Positions 10,801-20,474 of a DNA stretch of 64,000 nucleotides are shown in pieces (position 1 is the first letter of the stretch; each line of letters begins with the position of its first letter). The notes under the pieces were generated by a model. It worked only from the letters and a program-made list of their open reading frames with translations, was not told the DNA's origin and made no database searches. Source of the stretch: an uncultured Acidobacteriota bacterium (GTDB taxonomy: Bacteria > Acidobacteriota > Thermoanaerobaculia > Gp7-AA8); NCBI GenBank assembly GCA_963822445.1, contig CAWGHO010000002.1, positions 608,001 to 672,000 of the forward strand, read 5' to 3'. The position numbers and the translations under genes are program-made.

Positions 10801-13800
10801 CGTGACCTGCGTGGCCGGTCCGGTGGTGGCCACCGCGGGATCGCACACGAACACGGCCACGGCGTCGGGCACCTTCAACGCCATCGCCTACCCGTCCGAT
10901 CCGTCGTCGGCGATCTACGCGACGACCGGTCTGACCCTCGACAAGACTTCGGTCCAGACCTCCTTCACCGTCGCCGGCGACCCGCTGAACTACAACTACC
11001 TGGTCACAAACAGCGGCTTCGCGCCGCTGGTGGGGCCGGTCACCGTCTCCGACGACAAGGCCACCGTCACCTGCCCGGCGGTCACGACCGTGGGCGATCT
11101 GGACAACTTCCTCGACCCGGGCGAGTCCGTCACCTGCACGGCGACCTATTTCGTCACCGCGGGCGATGTCGCCGCCGGATTCGTGACCAACACCGCCACG
11201 GCCAGTGCCGACGGTGTCTCGTCGCCGCCCGACAGCGTGACGGTCATCTCCACCCTCGCCGCCGACGTCTCGGTGGTGAAGACGCTCGTTACCACCGGCC
11301 CGTACTACGCCGGCCAGTCGGTCACGTACACGCTGTTCGTCGAGAACAACGGTCCGTCGACCGCTACCAACGTCCAGGTCAACGACGGGCCGTCGAACCT
11401 GAGCATCACCAGCGTTTCCGGCGGCGGCTGCGTGGCCCTGCCCTGCACCATTCCCAGCATCGCCTCCGGCGGCGACGCGACCATCACCGTCACCGCGACC
11501 ATCACCGCGGCCGGTGTGTTCGACAACACCACCACGGTCGACGCCGACCAGCCCGATCCGGTCCCGGCGAACAACACCGACAGCGTCGACAACGACGGCA
11601 CCGCGGCCGCGTCGGCGGACGTGGAGATGGAGAAGATCCTCGACACCGCCGGCCCGTACTACGCCGGCCAGTCGATCACCTACTCCCTGTTCATCATCAA
11701 TTTCGGACCGTCGACCGCCACGAACGTCGACGTCACGGACACGCCGTCGAACCTGACCATCACCGGCGTCTCCGGCGGCGGCTGCGTCGCGCTGCCGTGC
11801 ACCATCCCCAGCATCCTCGCCACCGCGGACACGACCATCACCGTGACCGCGACCATCATCGCGGCAGGGGCGTTCGACAACACCGCCGACGCGTTCGCCG
11901 ACGAGTTCGATCCGGTGCTCGCCAACAACACCGACAGCGCCGGCAACGGCAACAACGCGGCGCCGGCCGCCGACGTTTCGATGGACAAGGACCTGGTCAC
12001 CGCCGGTCCGTACACCGTCGGCCAGACCGTCACCTACACCCTGACCGTCGCCAACGCCGGCCCGTCGACCGCGACGAACGTCCAGGTCACCGACACGCCG
12101 TCCAACCTCTCCATCACCGGCGTCTCCGGCAGCGGCTGCGCCGCGCTGCCGTGCACGATCCCCAGCATCCCCGCGAACACGGACACGGTCGTCACCGTCA
12201 CCGCCACCATCACCGCCGACGGCGCCTTCGACAACGAGGCCACCGCGATCGCCGCCGAGCTCGATCCGAACCTCACCGACAACACCGACGACGACGGCAA
12301 CAACGGCAGCACCGCCGTCTCGGCGGACGTGTCGATCCTGAAGACGCTGGTCACGGCCGGCCCGTACACGCCGGGCCAGAGCATCACCTACACGCTGTTC
12401 GTGGAGAACGGCGGACTGTCGACCGCGACGAACGTCCAGGTCACCGACACGCCGTCGAACCTCTCCATCACCGGCGTCTCCGGCGCCGGCTGCGCGGCCC
12501 TGCCGTGCACCATCCCCAGCATCGTCTCCGGCGGCGACGAGACCATCACCGTCACGGCGACCATCACCGCCGCCGGTGCGTTCGACAACGTGGCCACGGT
12601 CGACGCCGACGAGCCGGATCCCGATCCGGACGACAACGAGGACGACGAAGACAACGGCGGCAACGCCGTCGCGGCCAACGTCGGGATCGAGAAGATCATC
12701 ACCACGGCCGGCCCGTACTACATCGGCCAGTCCATCACCTTCACCCTGGACGTGAACAACGCCGGCCCGTCGACCGCGACCAGCGTTCAGGTCGCCGACA
12801 CGCCGTCGAACATGACCATCACCGGCGTCTCCGGCAGCGGCTGCGCGGCCCTGCCGTGCACCATCCCGTCGATCCTCGCCGGCACCGAGACCACCATCAC
12901 CGTCACCGCGACCCTGACCGCGGTCGGGCCGTTCGGCAATACCGCCACGGCCAACGGGGCCGAGCCCGATCCCGACTCGAGCGACAACACCGATACGGCA
13001 GGCGACGAATCGCTCCCATCCGCCGATGTCTCCATGGATAAGGACCTGGTCACCCAGGGTCCGTACACGATCGGCCAGAGCATCACCTACACGTTGACCG
13101 TCGCCAACGCCGGGCCGTCGACCGCGACGAACGTTCAGGTCACCGATACGCCCACGAACCTGACCATCACGAACGTCTCCGGCAGCGGCTGCGCGGCTTT
13201 GCCCTGCACCATCCCGAGCATCCCCGCGAACACGGACACGGTCATCACCGTCACCGCCACGATCGACGCCGCGGCACCGTTCGACAACACCGCCTCCGCG
13301 AACGGTGCCGAGCACGACCCCGACCCGGATGACAACACCGATGATGACGGCAACAACGGCATCGTCGGCGCGTCCGCGAACGTCTCGATCGAGAAGATCA
13401 TCACCACCGCCGGTCCGTACTACATCGGCCAGTCGGTCACGTTCACGCTCGAAGTCGGGAACCTCGGTCCGTCGGTCGCTACCAGCGTCCAGGTCGCCGA
13501 TATGCCGTCGAACATGACCATCACCGGCGTCTCCGGCAGCGGCTGCGCGGCACTGCCGTGCACCATCCCGTCGATCCCGGTCGGTACCGACACCACCATC
13601 ACCGTCACCGCGACCTTGACCGCAGTCGGCTCCTTCGGCAACACGGCCACCGCCAACGGCGCCGAGCCCGATCCCGATCCGGACGACAACACCGACACCG
13701 CCGGTGGCGAGTCACTCCCATCGGCCGATGTCTCCATGGACAAGGACCTGGTCACCCCGGGTCCGTACACGATCGGCCAGAGCATCACCTACACCCTGAC

Positions 13801-16294
13801 CGTCGCCAACGCCGGCCCGTCCACCGCGACCGCGGTTCAGGTCACCGACACGCCGACGAATCTGACCATCACCAACGTCTCCGGCAGCGGCTGCGCGGCT
13901 CTCCCGTGCACCATCCCCAGCATCCTGTCGACTGCGGACACGGTCATCACCGTCACCGCCACGATCGACGCCGCGGCACCGTTCGACAACACCGCCTCCG
14001 CGAACGGTGCCGAGCACGACCCCGACCCGGATGACAACACCGATGACGACGGCAACAACGGCATCGTCGGCGCGTCGGCCAACGTCGGGATCGAGAAGAT
14101 CATCACCACGGCCGGCCCGTACTACATCGGCCAGTCCATCACCTTCACCCTGGACGTGAACAACGCCGGCCCGTCGACCGCGACCAGCGTTCAGGTCGCC
14201 GACACGCCGTCGAACATGACCATCACCGGCGTCTCCGGCAGCGGCTGCGCCGCGCTGCCGTGCACCATCCCGTCGATCCTCGTCGGCACCGAGACCACCA
14301 TCACCGTCACCGCGACCTTGACCGCTGTCGGCTCCTTCGGCAACACGGCCACCGCCAACGGCGCCGATCCCGATCCCGATCCGGACGACAACACCGACAC
14401 CGCCGGTGGCGAGTCATTACCATCCGCCGACGTCTCCATGGATAAGGACCTCGTCACCGCGGGTCCGTTCAGCATCGGCCAGAGCATCACCTACACCCTG
14501 ACCGTCGCCAACGCCGGTCCGTCCACCGCGACGGCCGTCGAGGTCACCGACACGCCGACGAATCTGACCATCACAAACGTCTCCGGCAGCGGCTGCGCGG
14601 CTTTGCCCTGCACCATCCCGAGCATCCCCGCGAACACGGACACCGTCATCACCGTCACCGCCACGATCGACGCCGCGGCGCCGTTCGACAACACCGCCTC
14701 CGCGAACGGTGCCGAGCACGACCCCGACCCGGATGACAACACCGATGACGACGGCAACAACGGCATCGTCGGCGCGTCCGCGAACGTCTCGATCGAGAAG
14801 ATCATCACCACCGCCGGTCCGTACTACATCGGCCAGTCGGTCACGTTCACGCTCGAAGTCGGGAACCTCGGCCCGTCGGTCGCCACCAGCGTCCAGGTCG
14901 CCGACACGCCGTCGAACATGACCATCACCGGCGTCTCCGGCAGCGGCTGCGCGGCACTGCCGTGCACCATCCCGTCGATCCCGGTCGGTACCGACACCAC
15001 GATCACCGTCACGGCGACCCTGACCGCTGTCGGCTCCTTCGGCAACACGGCCACCGCCAACGGCGCCGAGCCCGATCCCGATCCGGACGACAACACCGAC
15101 ACCGCCGGTGGCGAGTCACTCCCATCGGCCGACGTCTCCATGGATAAGGACCTCGTCACCCCAGGTCCGTACACGATCGGCCAGAGCATCACCTACACTC
15201 TGACCGTCGCCAATGCCGGCCCTTCCACCGCCACCGCGGTTCAGGTCACCGACACGCCGACCAACCTCACCATCATCAGCGTCTCCGGCAGCGGCTGCGC
15301 GGCTCTGCCTTGCACGATTCCGAGCATCAACGTCAGTGCGGACACGACCATCACCATCACCGCAACGATCAACGCCGCGGGAGCGTTCGACAACTCGGCC
15401 ACGGCCACCGGTGCCGAGCACGACCCGAACCTCACCGACGACACCGATGACGACGGCAACAACGGCATCGTCGGCGATTCCGCGGACGTCTCCATCGTGA
15501 AGACGCTGACCACCGGAGGCCCGTTCAGCGTCGGCCAGTCGGTCAGCTACACGCTGCTCGTCGCCAACGCCGGTCCGTCGACCGCGACCTCCGTCCAGGT
15601 CACCGACACGCCCACGAATCTGGCCATCACCAGCGTGAGCGGCAGCGGCTGCGCGGCCCTGCCGTGCACGATCCCCAGCATCAACAGCGAAGCAAACACG
15701 CTGATCAATGTCACGGCGACGATCCTCGCCGCCGGTGCGTTCGACAACAGCGCCACCGCGACGTCACCGTTGCCCGATCCCGATCCGGTCGACAACACCG
15801 ATGACGACGACAACGGCGGCAGCACGACGGCGGCGGTCGATATCGCGGTCGTCAAGACCAGCTCGGCGCCGAACATCTTCATCGGCCAGTCGTTCTCTTT
15901 CACCATCGTCGTGACGAACAACGGTCCCGACACGGCGACCAACGTGACCCTGTCCGATCCGCTGCCGGCGAACTTTGCCCTCGACGCGACGGCAACGACC
16001 CAAGGCAGCTGCGCCGGCACGACCACGGTGAATTGTTCGCTCGGCACGATGCTCAACGGCTCGTCGGTCACGATCACCCTCACCGGCCACCCCACTGCCC
16101 CCGGCGCGATGCCGAACACGGCGACGGTGGTGAGCAATGAGTCCGAAGCGGTGACGGCGAACAACTCGTCGAGCTCGACGCCGATGGCTTCTCATGGACC
16201 GGAGCACATTCCGACGGCATCCGAGTGGGGCTTGATCCTCCTTGCCCTCTTCCTCGGCGCAGCCGGCGTGCTCGCGGTACGCACGACCACCTGA
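7886..16294 (+). CDS. Giant (~2800 aa) DUF11-repeat cell-surface protein with IPTL-CTERM sorting signal
   Basis: Signal peptide; many K…GQSITYTL.V.N.GPS.AT.V.V.D DUF11 repeats; C-terminal IPTASEWGLILLALFLGAAGVLAVR; GGAGGAG RBS before the ATG at 7886. Confidence 0.9.
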   Translation: MPPSRSFSRFLGLSIACAVLFLAPAAHAALTIEPLTWNVVGLDSNTPTDGPNRFPVGARVCSSVNTTNVSVSFVWDSANAFINLRPGSLSTILIPSISAGDCADAYFEVEVDKNALAFDTARRYHITATDFSGTVSTPTPREIYVEHLISQSRNSISDVKYGTDPMNLTSVAPGGSMSLVVGNTYTIQLLGGTATQGYNQFEAFINFPNTIFQVLAVETTYSANNSPYVTGPAPLIHDQLYADACLWENDPNSPNYRSCVGGDFKSGGSTVITTYTIKIIGGGGTSEALNTLLYDFSGSSFHYNADFATGARVANIIDPASATISKSFSPNPTAVNGISVLTFTLTNPNPGTLGGYNFVDNLPANLQVAATPGVTSSGCGTPTITANAGASSITFANGTLAANATCLVNVNVTPTATGTFNNTTNNLFIGTIDTGDNAAASLTVNTDTPGTGLCGVTLASWTVPNGTTANPPDLTGGVPTVKAANVATATAAAFIPAGTSIVATSGHIDTTSWRTWGYKNDGQYIDFTVNTSNYTAVQMSFWVANPSPANGPTSLTVQVNNGGGFGAAVLTVPNPAIGFTQHTINLTGLTNTTGNTIFRIAATGANADTSGAALNFDDITFTGCTSAVDPTFSKSFSPDPIAVNGTSTLTFTITNTNAVALNNAKFIDTLPAGVQVAAVPAASTTCTGSPSWAPTAGSTTLNFGQTTGAIIPASGSCTVSVNVTATTGGPHSNVSGFLSTTETGTVNGSIASDTLTAVLPPAIDKLFSPSPILPGGTSTLTFTLTNPNQNDALSGVAFTDTFPVAPGAMTVASVPGATTSGCGAPTFSPAAGAGSVSFSGGTLAPGGTCTVTVNVTAPVVGTYANTSGNVSHVINAQTVNGNTASDSLDVDPPSPSIALLKQVSTSPSGPWTSFIAVPTGASVHFRFTVENTGDVPLTNISISDDTLNVATCNAAFTGLTLPVAVPANDNHIVTCVAGPVVATAGSHTNTATASGTFNAIAYPSDPSSAIYATTGLTLDKTSVQTSFTVAGDPLNYNYLVTNSGFAPLVGPVTVSDDKATVTCPAVTTVGDLDNFLDPGESVTCTATYFVTAGDVAAGFVTNTATASADGVSSPPDSVTVISTLAADVSVVKTLVTTGPYYAGQSVTYTLFVENNGPSTATNVQVNDGPSNLSITSVSGGGCVALPCTIPSIASGGDATITVTATITAAGVFDNTTTVDADQPDPVPANNTDSVDNDGTAAASADVEMEKILDTAGPYYAGQSITYSLFIINFGPSTATNVDVTDTPSNLTITGVSGGGCVALPCTIPSILATADTTITVTATIIAAGAFDNTADAFADEFDPVLANNTDSAGNGNNAAPAADVSMDKDLVTAGPYTVGQTVTYTLTVANAGPSTATNVQVTDTPSNLSITGVSGSGCAALPCTIPSIPANTDTVVTVTATITADGAFDNEATAIAAELDPNLTDNTDDDGNNGSTAVSADVSILKTLVTAGPYTPGQSITYTLFVENGGLSTATNVQVTDTPSNLSITGVSGAGCAALPCTIPSIVSGGDETITVTATITAAGAFDNVATVDADEPDPDPDDNEDDEDNGGNAVAANVGIEKIITTAGPYYIGQSITFTLDVNNAGPSTATSVQVADTPSNMTITGVSGSGCAALPCTIPSILAGTETTITVTATLTAVGPFGNTATANGAEPDPDSSDNTDTAGDESLPSADVSMDKDLVTQGPYTIGQSITYTLTVANAGPSTATNVQVTDTPTNLTITNVSGSGCAALPCTIPSIPANTDTVITVTATIDAAAPFDNTASANGAEHDPDPDDNTDDDGNNGIVGASANVSIEKIITTAGPYYIGQSVTFTLEVGNLGPSVATSVQVADMPSNMTITGVSGSGCAALPCTIPSIPVGTDTTITVTATLTAVGSFGNTATANGAEPDPDPDDNTDTAGGESLPSADVSMDKDLVTPGPYTIGQSITYTLTVANAGPSTATAVQVTDTPTNLTITNVSGSGCAALPCTIPSILSTADTVITVTATIDAAAPFDNTASANGAEHDPDPDDNTDDDGNNGIVGASANVGIEKIITTAGPYYIGQSITFTLDVNNAGPSTATSVQVADTPSNMTITGVSGSGCAALPCTIPSILVGTETTITVTATLTAVGSFGNTATANGADPDPDPDDNTDTAGGESLPSADVSMDKDLVTAGPFSIGQSITYTLTVANAGPSTATAVEVTDTPTNLTITNVSGSGCAALPCTIPSIPANTDTVITVTATIDAAAPFDNTASANGAEHDPDPDDNTDDDGNNGIVGASANVSIEKIITTAGPYYIGQSVTFTLEVGNLGPSVATSVQVADTPSNMTITGVSGSGCAALPCTIPSIPVGTDTTITVTATLTAVGSFGNTATANGAEPDPDPDDNTDTAGGESLPSADVSMDKDLVTPGPYTIGQSITYTLTVANAGPSTATAVQVTDTPTNLTIISVSGSGCAALPCTIPSINVSADTTITITATINAAGAFDNSATATGAEHDPNLTDDTDDDGNNGIVGDSADVSIVKTLTTGGPFSVGQSVSYTLLVANAGPSTATSVQVTDTPTNLAITSVSGSGCAALPCTIPSINSEANTLINVTATILAAGAFDNSATATSPLPDPDPVDNTDDDDNGGSTTAAVDIAVVKTSSAPNIFIGQSFSFTIVVTNNGPDTATNVTLSDPLPANFALDATATTQGSCAGTTTVNCSLGTMLNGSSVTITLTGHPTAPGAMPNTATVVSNESEAVTANNSSSSTPMASHGPEHIPTASEWGLILLALFLGAAGVLAVRTTT
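12677..15484 (+). repeat. Intragenic tandem array of four 702-bp units (two DUF11 domains each) with a 1404-bp higher-order period
   Basis: Units start at 12677, 13379, 14081 and 14783; units 1 and 3 begin NVGIEK…LDVNNAG, units 2 and 4 begin NVSIEK…LEVGNLG. Confidence 0.85.
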
Positions 16295-16295
16295 C

Positions 16296-16358
16296 GTGTG
16301 GTGTGGGCCTCTGGCCTACCTTTCTTTCGAGAGGTAGGCCTGGAGGCCCACACTACAC
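16296..16358. repeat. REPIN-like inverted repeat, GTGTGGTG family (copy 1, intergenic); may also act as a bidirectional terminator
   Basis: gtgtggtgtgggcctctggcctacct…aggtaggcctggaggcccacactacac between convergent stop codons; a homologous copy lies at 54825..54894. Confidence 0.8.
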
Positions 16359-16367
16359 CGCCGCCTT

Positions 16368-19300
16368 CTAGTTCACCTGAACCGTCACCGTCGCGGCGCT
16401 GGCCGCGCCGTTTCCGTCGGTGATCGTGTAGCTGAACGTATCCGTGCCGGTGAAGCCTTTGCGCGCGCGGTAACGGATCGCGCCGTTGGAGCCGAGGCTC
16501 ACGCTTCCGTGCGTCGGGCGGCCCACTGACTGCACCGACAGCGCGTCGCCGTCGACGTCGGTGTCGTTGCCGAGGACGGAGATGGTGCGCTCGCCGTTCT
16601 TCGGACAACTCGCCGAATCGTTTTTCGCGACCGGTGCGTCATTCACAGCGGCGATGGAGACAGTCACCGTCGCGGTCGACGTCGCGCCGTGCGCATCGCT
16701 GACCGTGTACGAGAACGTGTCCGCACCGTTGTAGTTGGCGTTGGGAACGTAGGAGATCGTGCCATCGGCGTTCGCCGTGGCCGCGCCGTGACTGGCGCTG
16801 CCGGCGGAGATGACGCTCAGCGCGTCGCCATTGGGATCGCTGTCGTTGCCGAGGACGTTGATGGTGGTCGCCTGATCCTCCATCGTCGCGGCGTTGTCGT
16901 TCGCGGCCACCGGCGCACCGTTGACCTTGACCGTCACCCTGGCGGTGTCCGATCCGCCGAAGCCGTCGCTGATCGAGTAGTAGAAGGTGTCGCTGCCTGT
17001 GAATCCGGCGTTCGGCGTGTACGTGACCGACGAGCCGTTGTGGCTGGCCGTGCCGTTCGCTGGATCGGTAACCGAGGTCACGAAGATCGCGTCGTCATCG
17101 GGATCGCTGTCGTTGGCCAGCACGGCGATCGTCGCCGAGGTTCCGGCTGCGGTCACCGCGTTGTCATCGGCCGCATCGGGCATCCGGTTCTGCGACGGGC
17201 CGCACAGGGTGATGCCGGTATCGCGGAAGCGGACGTCATCGACCCACCATCCGAGATCGCCGAGGTTCGCGTCGGTGCGCAGGCGCCAGCGGACTTTGAT
17301 GGTCTTGCCGGCCAGCGCGCCGAGATTCACTTCGACTTCATCCATTGAGGGGAACGACGCAGACTGTCCCGTCCAGGCCTGGCGGCCGCCGTAAACCGAC
17401 GCCTCGCCGGAGTACGCGCCTTTCACGAACACGCCGCCGGCGTCCTTGACGTCCTTCCAGGTCACGCCGTTGTCGGTGGTCACTTCGAGCACTCCGCCGT
17501 CGAACGTCACTTCCGTCCGATAGCGATGCCAGAAGTTGAGCTTCGTCGCCGCGGTCACGAGCACCGCCGGCGAGATCAGGCGATCGTCCTTGTTCGAGGA
17601 GATGTCGGTGGCGTCGCTGAACCAGGCGTTCATGAAGCTGCTGGTCAGCGGATCGATGACCGGCATCCAGGTGAGCGGGGAGACGCCGAGCTTCTCGACG
17701 CCGAGGTTTGCATTGGAGAACGTCCATCCCGGCTCCGGCGCGGGCTCGAGATCATCGCTGAACGAGCCGAGGCAGGTACGGACGATGGTGACCGTGGCTT
17801 TGTTCGTTCCGCCGCGGCCGTCGCTGACGGTGTAGGTGAACGAATCCTGCGACGCGAAGCCGCCGCCCGGCGTGTAGGTCACGTGCGTGCCGTTGTTCGC
17901 GACGCGTCCGAACGTTCCCTGGGTCACGGCGCTGACGGTCAGCGTGTCGCCGTCAGCATCACTGTCATTTGCCAATACTTCGATGACGGCTGGTGTCGAC
18001 GAAGAGGCATAGCCGACGTCGGCGACCGCGCTCGGCGCATCCTGCACGCCGGCCACGTTCACGTTCACAACCGCCGAGGCGGTTCCGCCGCGGCCGTCGC
18101 TGATGACGTACGAGAAGGACATCGCGCCGCTGGTGTTCGGCTTCGGCGTGAAGCGCACGGTGCCGTTCGCGTTGATGGTCGCGCTGCTGCCGTTGCTGGC
18201 GGTGACGGCGCGGACGGTGAGCGTGTCGCCGTCCGGATCGGAGTCATTGGCGATGACGTTCACGTCGATGGCGATGTCTTCGGTCGTCGACGCGGAATCA
18301 TTCACCGCGCGCGGCGCCGCGTTCGGACCGAAGTTTTCCTGATTGACGACGTACGGGCATGAGCCGAGGGCGACGTCGGAGGTGAGACTGGAGACCGTTG
18401 AGAAGTCGCGGCGGCCGTAAAGCTCGAAGCCTTCCAGCTTCTCGCCGGGGACGAGCGCGGGTGCGCCGGGGATGTTGGCGAGGACGATCGTGACTTCGTC
18501 GTTGTTGACGTCGTAGCCGCCCGGAAGGGACGGGACCAGAACGGTGGTGCCGAGACGCAGCGAGCGGGCGCTCGTACCGTCGATGTTCCGATCGGCACGG
18601 ATCTGATAGCGCTTGCCGGCGTAATCGAAGTACCAGCGGTAGCTGTGGGTGATCGCGGGAGGCGCGATCATGTCCTTGAGGTCCTTCACCTTGATGTGGA
18701 AGACCACCGCGTTCGCCGCGGCATCCCAGCGGATGTAGCCCTGGGTGATGTCGAGATTGTCGTCGCTGCCGACGCCCGGGTCGGGCTCGGCGATGAGCAC
18801 GCCGGTCGAGATGCGCGTGGCGTCACCGGCCTTGTCGACGACCTGCGGCAGCGTCGGGCCGCACGGCGGAACGGTGTCGTCCGGGGCGTAGCGGGTGAGC
18901 GTCGAAGCGGTCGGTTCTCGATCGAGCAGCCAGATCTCGAGACCGTCGCCGTCGGGATGGCCCTTCGCTTCGAGATTGAACATGTCGGCGATGGGACCTT
19001 CAGGATTCAGCGGGACTTCCGTGTAACGCGTGCGCAGCACATCCCACGAGTAAGGCTCGGTTCCGTGGAAGCAAGGCGTGAGAGTCGGATTGCGATCGAG
19101 CTCGGTGAGCTCCCACTTGCCGACGAAGCCGCCGGTGTTGTGCATCAGCGAGCCGTCCCAGTCGGTGTTGCGGCAATCGACGGTGACCGGGCCTTCGACG
19201 GTGTAAAGGTCGGGCGAGTTGAAGGCGTAATGCATCAACTCATGCGCGGCGACGGCGCCGAAGTGCAGTTCGTCTTCCCAGGGAACGACGAGCTGGCCGA

Positions 19301-20024
19301 TGCGGCCGACGTAGAAGCCGATGCAGGGGTTGTCGATCTGCCAGCCGCTCCAGGTGTGGCTGTCGAACGAGACCGTCGACTGCACGATGACGTCGGCGAC
19401 GGTCGTGTTCTGGCCGTCGCAGGCCACGCCGCCCTGCGGGTCGCCGAAGGGCTGATTCACGGCGTAATCGAGATTCGTGTCGGTGACGACGACTTTGCCC
19501 ATCCGGGCGAAGCCGTCCAGCGCGTCGTACAGGCGCTCGGCGAAGATGTTCATGCCGTTGGCGAGATCCTGCAGCGCGAGATCGTGCGGAATGTCGGGCG
19601 GCAGGCTGTTCAGATCGAGCTGCACGAGCATGTTGATCGTGTAGACCTCGCCGTTCCAGCTCGTGTACGCGTTCACGGCGTCGAACGACTTGATCGTGGA
19701 GAGCTCGCCGCTGAGGGTGTCCTCGACCCTCCAGTAGTAGGTCTTGCCGCGGGTGAGGTCCGAGGCCACGGCGAGCTGGGACGTGTCGGCCACGCCCGGA
19801 ACCGCGCTGACGCTGCGGTCGAGAGCGGTCGGGCTTTCGCCGTAGTGCACCACCCCCATGACCGGCTGGGATGCCTTCCAGACGAAGACGCCGCGGAAGC
19901 CGGTCTTCGTGGCGAAGCCGTCAGTTTCCAGAAACAGCGACTGTGCGAAAGCCAGGGGCGCGATCAGGAAAACCAGGGAAAAAACTGCAAAACGTAGAGG
20001 CCTGCCGGACGACAACTGAAACAT
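16368..20024 (-). CDS. Secreted multidomain zinc metallopeptidase (CLCA/M6-like HExxH) with Ig-like (Big_9/cadherin-like) repeats
   Basis: Likely start MFQLSSGRPLRF at 20024 (GGAGG RBS, signal peptide); AHELMHYAFNSPDLY motif; five P.A..D…V(L/I).ND.D.D.D…FSYT.SDG repeats; a DGGVLEVTTDNGVTW beta-sandwich domain. The track's extension to 20453 overlaps the next gene. Confidence 0.8.
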   Translation of the reverse strand: MFQLSSGRPLRFAVFSLVFLIAPLAFAQSLFLETDGFATKTGFRGVFVWKASQPVMGVVHYGESPTALDRSVSAVPGVADTSQLAVASDLTRGKTYYWRVEDTLSGELSTIKSFDAVNAYTSWNGEVYTINMLVQLDLNSLPPDIPHDLALQDLANGMNIFAERLYDALDGFARMGKVVVTDTNLDYAVNQPFGDPQGGVACDGQNTTVADVIVQSTVSFDSHTWSGWQIDNPCIGFYVGRIGQLVVPWEDELHFGAVAAHELMHYAFNSPDLYTVEGPVTVDCRNTDWDGSLMHNTGGFVGKWELTELDRNPTLTPCFHGTEPYSWDVLRTRYTEVPLNPEGPIADMFNLEAKGHPDGDGLEIWLLDREPTASTLTRYAPDDTVPPCGPTLPQVVDKAGDATRISTGVLIAEPDPGVGSDDNLDITQGYIRWDAAANAVVFHIKVKDLKDMIAPPAITHSYRWYFDYAGKRYQIRADRNIDGTSARSLRLGTTVLVPSLPGGYDVNNDEVTIVLANIPGAPALVPGEKLEGFELYGRRDFSTVSSLTSDVALGSCPYVVNQENFGPNAAPRAVNDSASTTEDIAIDVNVIANDSDPDGDTLTVRAVTASNGSSATINANGTVRFTPKPNTSGAMSFSYVISDGRGGTASAVVNVNVAGVQDAPSAVADVGYASSSTPAVIEVLANDSDADGDTLTVSAVTQGTFGRVANNGTHVTYTPGGGFASQDSFTYTVSDGRGGTNKATVTIVRTCLGSFSDDLEPAPEPGWTFSNANLGVEKLGVSPLTWMPVIDPLTSSFMNAWFSDATDISSNKDDRLISPAVLVTAATKLNFWHRYRTEVTFDGGVLEVTTDNGVTWKDVKDAGGVFVKGAYSGEASVYGGRQAWTGQSASFPSMDEVEVNLGALAGKTIKVRWRLRTDANLGDLGWWVDDVRFRDTGITLCGPSQNRMPDAADDNAVTAAGTSATIAVLANDSDPDDDAIFVTSVTDPANGTASHNGSSVTYTPNAGFTGSDTFYYSISDGFGGSDTARVTVKVNGAPVAANDNAATMEDQATTINVLGNDSDPNGDALSVISAGSASHGAATANADGTISYVPNANYNGADTFSYTVSDAHGATSTATVTVSIAAVNDAPVAKNDSASCPKNGERTISVLGNDTDVDGDALSVQSVGRPTHGSVSLGSNGAIRYRARKGFTGTDTFSYTITDGNGAASAATVTVQVN

Positions 20025-20093
20025 CGATTCCTCCGTATCTCTCTCTGCGATTCCCTTGTGGATGGTAGTACTACGACCAGGATCGTACCAGAA

Positions 20094-20109
20094 AGCAGAG
20101 AACGGGCCA
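20094..20109 (-). promoter_or_regulatory. Putative sigma54 (-24/-12) promoter
   Basis: Minus strand TGGCCCGTTCTCTGCT (GG-N10-GC), about 70 nt upstream of the metallopeptidase start. Confidence 0.45.
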
Positions 20110-20138
20110 ACTGCCGGAAACCCTTGTAGACTCACGCG

Positions 20139-20474
20139 ATGGCCGACCACTACTACTCCCCCGACCACCTCGGCGCCTTCGCGGACATCGCCGAAGGGGC
20201 GCCCGAACTGGCGAAAAAGTTCTTTGACTACTACGGCGCCGTGTTCGCCGCCGGCGCCCTCACCGAACGGGAGAAAGCGCTGATCGCCCTGGCCGTCGCC
20301 CACACCGTCCAGTGCCCGTACTGCATCGACGCCTACACCACGACCAGCTTGGAGAAAGGGGCCGACCTCGAGCAGATGACCGAGGCGGTTCATGTAGCCT
20401 GCGCGATCCGGGGCGGGTCTTCCCTCGTACATGGGATGCAGATGAAAGGTCACGCGAAGAAGGCGGGGATGTGA
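20139..20474 (+). CDS. CMD/AhpD-like protein (arsenosugar biosynthesis-associated peroxidase-like family)
   Basis: GALTEREKALIALAVAHTVQCPYCIDAY CxxC motif; translationally coupled (GTGA overlap) to an ArsS-like gene. Confidence 0.88.
   Translation: MADHYYSPDHLGAFADIAEGAPELAKKFFDYYGAVFAAGALTEREKALIALAVAHTVQCPYCIDAYTTTSLEKGADLEQMTEAVHVACAIRGGSSLVHGMQMKGHAKKAGM

Noticed and set aside
11250-15850. Regularly spaced DNA repeats that could be mistaken for a CRISPR array
   Set aside because: They are ~350-bp in-frame coding repeats (DUF11) with no unique spacers and no cas genes.
20025-20453. N-terminal extension of the 1361-aa ORF
   Set aside because: It overlaps the CMD-like gene on the other strand; the RBS and signal peptide support a start at 20024.
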